64,000 nucleotides of DNA, from positions 1 to 64,000 of IMG/VR virus record IMGVR_UViG_3300030419_005456; one strand, 5' to 3'. Shown here piece by piece: positions 8,467 through 16,800 of this stretch (positions are counted from its first letter, which is position 1; every line of letters begins with the position of its first letter). Source of the DNA: a virus. Both the position numbers and the translations under genes were made by a program. The notes beneath the pieces were generated by a model that made no database searches, was not told the origin of the DNA, and worked only from the letters and a program-made list of their open reading frames with translations.

Positions 8467-9478
8467 GCGGGAATTTTTAATATCTAGGATTGCTTGTGGG
8501 TATCATCTGATAAAAATTGATGATGATTTAACAATCAAGATTCATCCTCCTACAGTAGATCAGAATTATAGAGCGAACTTAATTTTTAAGAGTGCTTATG
8601 ATGAAGCTCTAATAGGTGGAATAATGTGTCCTATTGAATCGGCAGAAATGCTAGAACAACAAGACATATGGGATGAAGTCAAAAAAAAAGAGCTTAAAGA
8701 TTTAGATAAAGAAGTTGACGATTTAAAAGTCCAAATTTATCAAGAATACTTTAGAACCTCTGGAAAAACAGTTACTAGAATCATACTAAGAGAAAAAGAA
8801 AAACAAAGACAAAAACTTATAGAACAAAAACATTCATATGATTTTGCTAATGCTGCCGGTATTGCAACATTTGCTAGATGGAATTGGTTGATAGAAAACA
8901 CCACAACGTTTGAAGATAACACACCATACGATTGGAAAAAGGCGTCAGTACAAGAAGTTTTAATGGCTTTTAGAAAAAGTCAATGTCTTGATGAGGAAGT
9001 TCTTAGAGAGCTTGCAAGGACAGAACCTTGGAAAAGTATCTGGGCTGCAAGCAAACATGAAGGGAAACTTTTTGGGGTAAAACCAACAGAATTGACCGCA
9101 GAACAAAAAGGTTTGATGGCATGGTCAACACTTTACGATTCAGTTAGCGAATCTGGCGAGGCTCCACCAGACAAGGTTGTTGAAGATAACGATGCGTTGG
9201 ATGGCTGGATGATAGTTCAAAGTAGAAAGAGAAAACAAAGCAGGGAAAAGAAATTGACCGAAGAACTTTTGGGCAAACACCCGGACGCTAAAGACATTTT
9301 TATAAAAACAGAAACTCCAGAAGAGGCTGAAAGAGTAGTTTCTCTAAACGATTTGGACGCCAAACGAATACGACGAAGAAGAACTGATAAATTAAAACAA
9401 GAAGGGACCGTCTCTTATCACAAATTTGCGGATGTTCAGCGAGACTTACAAGACGAGATTGCTGCTGCCGGAGATTAG
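8453..9478 (+). CDS. Putative tail assembly chaperone (paralog A)
   Basis: 341 aa, helical and charged, between tube and TMP genes; N-terminal ~170 aa aligns by eye to 9873-10820. Confidence 0.55.
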   Translation: MEFYEREFLISRIACGYHLIKIDDDLTIKIHPPTVDQNYRANLIFKSAYDEALIGGIMCPIESAEMLEQQDIWDEVKKKELKDLDKEVDDLKVQIYQEYFRTSGKTVTRIILREKEKQRQKLIEQKHSYDFANAAGIATFARWNWLIENTTTFEDNTPYDWKKASVQEVLMAFRKSQCLDEEVLRELARTEPWKSIWAASKHEGKLFGVKPTELTAEQKGLMAWSTLYDSVSESGEAPPDKVVEDNDALDGWMIVQSRKRKQSREKKLTEELLGKHPDAKDIFIKTETPEEAERVVSLNDLDAKRIRRRRTDKLKQEGTVSYHKFADVQRDLQDEIAAAGD

Positions 9479-9490
9479 AAAGGAAAGAAA

Positions 9491-9880
9491 ATGGGAGAAT
9501 ATGATGATTTGATTAGAGAATCAAACAAATTTAAAAACGACAGGGATGAAAGATATAAAAGTGTGTCAAAAGATAGACTGCTAAAAATATCTCAGAAAAA
9601 AATACAGACTACAATGATTGGAGCTTTAAGTTCTGTTGAAAAGCATTTCGGCTTCTTGTGGGGGTATCAGCAAGAAGGTGATTTAACGGCAGAACAGCAG
9701 CACATGAAAGACTTATTTGAAGAAGTTAGGGCAGAAATATTGGACAGAGGAAATAATCAGATGAGAAATTTAGAGGCTGAAATGGCCCATTATGATGTTA
9801 ACTGGTTAAGATATCATATGGCTATACCTTTTAAGCCTCAGAGTACTAAACAAGGAGAAGGAGAAGAAGACAATGGCTAA
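9491..9880 (+). CDS. Hypothetical helical protein in tail-assembly region
   Basis: 129 aa, AAGGA SD, overlaps next gene; TTMIGAL..E..FGFLWG..ILDRGN motif. Confidence 0.6.
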   Translation: MGEYDDLIRESNKFKNDRDERYKSVSKDRLLKISQKKIQTTMIGALSSVEKHFGFLWGYQQEGDLTAEQQHMKDLFEEVRAEILDRGNNQMRNLEAEMAHYDVNWLRYHMAIPFKPQSTKQGEGEEDNG

Positions 9881-10820
9881 ATCCCCAGATAGAACAAAGA
9901 TAGAATCTACAGATGCAGAAGGTAATAAAAAAACCGTCTACATTAAAACACCAGACTCGGCCATCAATAAGCAGGCACAGTTGGTTTACAACAGGGCTTT
10001 TAGAGATGCGCTTCAATCAGGAGCAATTTTAAGGCAAAAATTAGACGACATCTTAAGAGAGCAGGATGTTTGGAATGACGAAAAGCAAGCTCAATATGAT
10101 GAGATTGTCGATAGGCTAAACGAAAATGAAAAGGCGTTGAATACTGGTGGTATAAAACTATCAGAAGCTGCTGACTTAGCAAAACAAATGCGCCAAAAAA
10201 GATTAGAATTTCGTGAGTTGGTTGCAGAGAGAACTGTAATGGATGCTAACACGGCAGAAGGACAGGCTGATAACGCAAGGTTTAATTCTTTGGTTCAGTC
10301 TTGTTTGGTTGATGATACTGGCAAGAAAATTTATTCATCGCTCGAAGATTATGAAAACAGTGATCCTCATCCTTATGCTATAGAGGCTGCTAGATTGCTA
10401 GCGGAAAGTCTGTATGGACTGGATAAGGACTATGATAAAACGTTGCCTGAAAATGAATTTTTGTCGCAATACAAATTTGTTAATGAGGATTTGGAATACA
10501 TTGATTCTCAAGGAAGACTCATAGACGAAGAAGGAAGATACGTTAATAAAGATGGTCGATATGTTGATTACGAAGAAGACGGGACTACATTTTACGTAGA
10601 TATTGACGGAAATCGCGTAGACGCAGATGGTAAGCCCAAAGTTGATTTTGAACCATTTTTAGACGACGACGGAAAACCCGTTCCGGTTCCTGAAGAAGCA
10701 GAAGCAGAAGCAGAAGCAGAAGCAGAAACGGAAGAAGAAGCTAAAAAGCCAGCTACTAAAAGCTCCACGGCAAAAAAACCGGGGAGACCTAAAAAGCAGA
10801 CGGTAGATAAAACCGAATAG
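9873..10820 (+). CDS. Putative tail assembly chaperone (paralog B)
   Basis: 315 aa; paralogous to 8453-9478; C-terminal (I/V)D..G repeats and an acidic then basic tail. Confidence 0.55.
   Translation: MAKSPDRTKIESTDAEGNKKTVYIKTPDSAINKQAQLVYNRAFRDALQSGAILRQKLDDILREQDVWNDEKQAQYDEIVDRLNENEKALNTGGIKLSEAADLAKQMRQKRLEFRELVAERTVMDANTAEGQADNARFNSLVQSCLVDDTGKKIYSSLEDYENSDPHPYAIEAARLLAESLYGLDKDYDKTLPENEFLSQYKFVNEDLEYIDSQGRLIDEEGRYVNKDGRYVDYEEDGTTFYVDIDGNRVDADGKPKVDFEPFLDDDGKPVPVPEEAEAEAEAEAETEEEAKKPATKSSTAKKPGRPKKQTVDKTE
10695..10724 (+). repeat. In-frame hexanucleotide microsatellite (GAAGCA)5 encoding EAEAEAEAEA
   Basis: Five perfect GAAGCA copies. Confidence 0.9.
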
Positions 10821-10836
10821 TATACACATTGGAAAG

Positions 10837-10880
10837 TAGGCGTGTCGATTTGCTAACTGCGATATCGGTACGCCTATTTT
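10837..10880 (+). terminator. Long hairpin plus T-tract upstream of TMP (terminator/attenuator)
   Basis: TAGGCGTGTCGAT/ATCGGTACGCCTA 13-bp stem (2 G-U) with inner TTGC/GCGA, followed by TTTT. Confidence 0.6.
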
Positions 10881-10895
10881 TATGAAAGGTTAATT

Positions 10896-13800
10896 ATGGC
10901 AGCCCCTTTTGTTCTCACAGCACAAATACAATTGCGCCCACCCAACGTTAGGCCGGTTGTACGCCAGATGCAAAGACAGTTGCAAGGTGTTAATGCTAAT
11001 GTAAAAGTTAACATCCCAAAGACCGCTACTACTCAAGCGAACAAATTAAACAAGAACCTTCAAAATATTGGTAGAAGTGCTGCTGGTGCTGGAAAATCAA
11101 CCAGAAGCTTTGGAATGGCTTTGCGTCAGACTTTAGGGTATCTGATGCGATACGACATGGCTCGTATGATTATTAATGCTGTTACACAAAGTATTCGAGA
11201 AGGCGCAAGGGCTGCTGTAGAATTTGAAAGGGAAATGGTTAAGGTTTCTCAGGTTACTGGGAAGTCTTTAAGAAGTTTGCAGGATATGCAAAAACAAATA
11301 ACCCAGCTTTCTACAGGTTTGGGTGTGTCTTCTTCTGCCTTAGTAAAAACTGCAAAAACCCTAGCTCAAACTGGTATGGTAGCCGCAGATGTTAGGGTAT
11401 CTCTTGAGGCTTTAGCCAAAACGACCCTTGCGCCAACTTTTGATGATATTAAGAACACTACAGAAACTGCTATTGCCGCTCTTAGACAATTTGGCTTGGA
11501 GGCAAAACAGCTAGAGACTGAACTGAGTAGAATTAATGCTTTAGCCGCAAACTTCGCCGTTGAAGCTTCTGATATTGGTGTTGCTATTAGACGTGCTGGT
11601 GGTGCGTTTAAAGCTGCCGGTGGTAATTTACAAGAGTTAAATGCTCTTTTTACTGCCGTGCGTTCTACAACCCGTGAAACAGCAGAAACCATCGCTACCG
11701 GTTTTAGAACTATCTTTACCAGAATGCAACGTCCTAAAACAATACAGTTCTTAAAACAGCTTGGTATTGAATTACAAGATATGGAGGGGCATTTTGTTGG
11801 CCCGTATGAAGCTGTTCGTAGACTAAACATTGCTCTTGCTAGTTTAGACCCTAGAGATGTTCGTTATTCTCAAATAATCGAACAGCTTGGTGGTTTTAGA
11901 CAAGTCTCAAAGGTGATTCCATTAATTCAACAGTTTGGTGAAGCTCAAAAAGCCTTGGCTGTTTCACAAGCGGGTGGCAACACTTTATCGAAGGATGCAG
12001 CCACGGCGCAGAAGGCATTAGCTGTGCAATTGGAAAAAGTCAGGGAAGAATTTAAGGCTCTTTTCCGTGAGTTAATGGCAAGCAAGGGTTTTCAGACAAT
12101 GATCAAGATGGCTCTTGATCTTGCTAGAGCAATTATAAAAATAACCGACGCTATAGCTCCCTTGCTTCCTATGCTGGGTATGTTAGCAATTGGTAAAGGC
12201 GTGGGCATGCTTGGAAAGGGTATGTTTAGGGGGAGGGCTTCTGGTGGCAGGATACACGCTTTTTCTGGGGGTGGTTTAGTTCCGGGTACAGGAAACAAAG
12301 ATACTGTTCCTGCCATGCTAGCACCCGGAGAATTTGTAATTAAAAAATCGTCTGTTAAATCTCTGGGCGTTGGTACTCTAGCACGGGTAAATCGGTACGC
12401 TGGTGGCGGTCAAGTAGCAAGAAACCAAAGGGATGTAGGAATGCTTGTCAGAAGAGATTCCGATAAAGATCCAACAGATTTTGAAAATGCGCAAGTTAGC
12501 ATCAAAAAGGTTACCCAAAAAGGTGAAGTGGGAACGCTGGCTAAGTTAGACCCCACGATAATGTTTAAGCAACCGGTAGATGTATCTACATTTACATCAT
12601 CAGAAAAGTTTAAAAAGATAGCTGAAGAACCAATTAACAAAGCCGTTAGGAAAGCTGCTGGTGATTTATCAAGATCTTCGACAAAGATATCAGGAAAGAA
12701 AGTTACAGGAGATAAAGTTGAAAAACGATTTACTCAAGGGGTAGGGGTATTATTTGAAAACTATGTTACCGCATTATCTGGCCTAGATAAACCCGGAAAT
12801 AAAGACTTTGATTTGATCGGCAAACAGAAGAATATAGGCCGCTACGCAAAAGAGCAAATCAAACAGAATACAGATTTAAAACTCACATCCAACAATACTG
12901 CGGCTACAGATGTGGTTAAAAAGGCGGTTAATCACGGCTTATTTAACACCCTAATTAAAGCAAGGGTTAAACAAGAACAGCAAAAGCAAAAAAGAGCGAC
13001 AGGGGGGAGTATTACTGGTTCTGGAACTGATACAGTGCCAGCGCTACTAACTCCGGGTGAGTTTGTAATCAATAGAAGTTCCGCTTCGCGCATTGGTTAC
13101 GGTAATTTAAATAGGATGAATACGTTTGGCAAATTTGCTGCTGGTGGTAAAGTACCTTCTTCTGGTAAGAAGCGTTTTGGGCTTGGCCCTCCGGGGAAGA
13201 CGCCCAAGGCACCCACCGCACCTACCGACAGCGGTGGGGGTGAAGGCAAAGGCATGATGGCAATGATGGCCTTAATGATGGTTGTCCCAATGCTGACTGA
13301 TTCGCTTAAGGACGCAGAAGGCAACGCTACCAAGGCGTCAGACTCGATGGAGAGCCTCACGAAAATACTGATGATCGGCGGTATGGCGCACATGTTGTTT
13401 GGTGAATCTTTAACCAAACTTGCTTTGAAAATGGTTGCTACACCAATTGGTACGGCCATGGGAGCTTTGGCTATTGGTGCCGCCGCCGCTGCTGTAGCGA
13501 TTAATGTATGGGCAAGTGCAGTTAAGAAAGAACAAGAAAGGATACAGAAAAAGAATTTAGGCAAACTACAATCTACGGGTGGATTTCAGGACGAAGGTCA
13601 GGTAATGGCCGCTAGGCAAACACATCTAAATGCCGCAATAAAAAAGGAAGCGGCGGCTAGAGCGAAGAGTACAGCAACGTACGTGGCGATTGGTGCTGGT
13701 CTTGTTGCGGTAGGTGCTGGTATTGCCGCTTTTGTTACAGCGGGAGCCACCGCTCCAGTAGCAGCCGCCGCATTTGCGACGGCTGCTAAGGCCGCCGGAG

Positions 13801-16800
13801 TAGCCGGGGTAGCTTACCTCGCTGCGGGCGCTGCTGCCACTGTTGCTGCTGGCACTATAGCATATATGTCTGCGACAGCAGAGTCGGTTCGAGAAGAGAT
13901 GGTCGAGTTTGAATCAGCACTGGCGAAAATGAAACTAGGGGCTTCACTAGGTAGGTTTATGAAGTCTCTTGAATTAGTCACTAAGGGACAGGCTTCACCC
14001 GCATCTCAAGCTGCTGTTATTAGCGAGGGTATGGCGGGCTTGCAAAGTGCTTGGGCGAGAGTTGCAAATACAGACGACATCGAAGATCTTCAGGGGAACA
14101 TTCAAAAAGTAATTCCCGGTATGGTGGATTATCTTGGAAAGCTTGAAAAAACAACTTCAAGCTTTGCCGAACTTCAAGCAATTGTTGGTAAAGATACATT
14201 AAATCAGTTTGCAAGAATGAGCGGTTTTAATTTAGCGGAATTAGAAGAGCGAATTAATGCCAATGTTGTAATAAGAAAAAAAGCGATTGCGGCTCAAAAA
14301 GAACAATTGGCTGTCATGAGATTGCAAACTGTGCGAATGCGTCAAGCGAATCAAGCAATAGCAGCATTTGGTGCGTTAGAAAAACATCTTAAAACTTGGG
14401 ATCATTCATTAAGCGCTATTCAGTCGTCTATTAATAATACTTTTGGCGCAGCAGAAATGGGTTCAATAGCAGAGCATTTCAAAAATCTTTCACAAGCAAT
14501 AGACCCCGCTGTTCTTTCCGACAAAATAGACGCTGTTGCTACTATTTTTGGCACACACGGTACAAGTCTTGGGCAAGAGCTAAAAGAAATGTCATCTATT
14601 CAAGGAGTATTGCCCGGAATTTTATTGGAAGCAAGTAATGAAATAGGGGTCGGAGGCAAGAGAGCTTCAGACATTATTGTTGATAAACTCACAGCTTCTG
14701 GCATAGCAATTAGTGATGCCACTAAGCGTCAAATTGCAGCAAGAGTTGGCGCTCTAGCCGATACCGGAGAGGGAGGCGAAGGTAAATTTGCAGCAAAGAT
14801 TAGAACAGATATTGATGGTGTAATTAAAAACCTAATGAAAGGGATGCTTGGAACCGAAAAGGTTTTCCAAGAAGCTGCTAAATTTATAGATGATGCCAAC
14901 AAAAGAATGGCAAAAGCTTTTGATATGAGAACTAAGCTTGAAATGAAAATAGTTCAGGCACAATCTAACATATTATCTCAATCGTTTGAAAACCAAAAAG
15001 CTTTAGCTACTGCTAGGGGTAAAGAAGTGCCGGGAGGAATGGAGGCAGCAGCTTTCCGTGGACAACAAGAGCAGATCTTAGCAGGTACTCGTGTTGCTGG
15101 CCCTGATGTCGGTTTGGTAGCAGCAGAATTTGATATTCTCAAAGAGAAGATAGCGGCTAGTAATGCAGCATTAGCAGAGTTTGGACTGCAACCCGGAATG
15201 GGGGGCAATTTAATTGATTCTCAAAGAGCAATGCTAGATGAAAATCAAAAACTTAAAGAGCAGTTTGCTAAAACAAAACAGGTTCTAGAGAATTACGGTA
15301 ACATACAAAAGAGGGTTGGAGATCTACAGAAAAAAATAGCAGAGGAAGCAGCTAAACGACAAACAATGCTCAATGCTATGAGTGATTTTGCCTTTGCTAA
15401 TGACAAAGGTAGACAAAGTATCATGGATAATTTTTCAGCCACTGTCCACGCTGTTAATAATGGGTTAGGCTCAATTCCAGACGCCATGAGACCGGCTGTT
15501 ATGGGGGTTCTTGACCAGTTTTCTAACATACCAATGTTTGCTGGTAAAACCGGTAAGGAAATGAAGACAGATTTGACCATCAAGGAAATGGAAAGATTAT
15601 TTGGCCCACTACCTGCTGACATTAAGAAACAAATGTTAGAAGCCACTGGTCCAGAAGAGGCCATGATAAAAGAGATGAGGCAGATTCAAAAGGATGGGCA
15701 AACTGCACAAATGGCTATGCTTGATGGTATGAAAAGCGACAGAGAGAGATTGACTGATAAAATTGCCGAATTGCATAAACAGTTGATAGACGGACTAAGC
15801 GCCATCTTCTTAAGGCAAGAAGAAAAGGAATTAAACCAGCAATTAAAAGAAGCTCAGACACAAACGAATTTGCAACAAAAAAGCCTTAAGGTCTTTAATG
15901 ATTTGCAAGCTATGGGACTACCCGTAAAAGACGACGATATGCTAAATGCCATGCGAAATAACATGGAAGCTATCAAGGGTATGAAAGCCGCTCAAGACAG
16001 AATGGCCCAGCTTAGAAAAGCGCAGGGCGCAGTAGGGTTTGTGACAGGCTTCCAAGGGTTTGGCGAAGACGATGATCCGGGTGTCGCGCAACAAAAAATG
16101 GTAGATAATATTGAAAATCTGGCAAAAATCCAAGAGAAATTGATACCATTCATTGGTGCGGATATGGCCGCAGAAGTTGCCAGAAACTTACAAAACACAC
16201 TAACACAAATTCAAATGAAGGAGGAAAGAGGTGAAATAACAACGGCAGAGATGAATCAACAAATGCAAGACGCTATGAAGACCAGTCTTAGCGCTTCTAT
16301 AGTTGAACAACAAGGAATCATTTCTTCGGGTAAAGAGCTACTGCACCAATTGGGATTAAGTGATTTTTCTGCTGTATTAATTAGTAATGTTGACCAGATA
16401 AGCGCAAAGTTTGCTGAACTACCCCCCGGCTCTACGTTCACTGACTTTTCTCAAGGGCTGATTGAAACAACTAACACTATTCAAAATATTAATCAGAAAT
16501 TGGCAGCTAACCAAGCCAGCCAAAATGTTACTCAAGCTCCTCCTTTGGCTGCAAGTAGTCCCGGTGCGGTTAGATCGGCTAGAGGGTTTGCCGCTGGTGG
16601 ATTTGCGCCCAAAGGAACAGATACGGTTCCAGCCATGTTGACACCCGGAGAATTTGTTGTCAATAGAAATGCCGCTGCTAACAACATGGGTATCTTGAAA
16701 TCTATTAATAGTGGCAATGCGCAATACTTTGCGGCTGGTGGTCCAGTTATGGCTCACGGTGTTTTTGGGGGTATCCCCGGAGCGCAGGCGGGTGGAGATG

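Noticed and set aside
8295-8480. 61-aa ORF in the gap after the tail tube gene
   Set aside because: It has a GTG start without an SD and runs through the terminator and hairpins, so it is better explained as RNA structure.
8681-8689. A9 run as the tail-chaperone programmed frameshift site
   Set aside because: It is early in the gene, encodes KKK in frame, and no long alternative-frame ORF follows in the ORF track.
13255-13870. Ala/Gly-rich hydrophobic stretch in the TMP as a separate toxin or repeat element
   Set aside because: Such segments are ordinary membrane-interacting parts of tape measure proteins.
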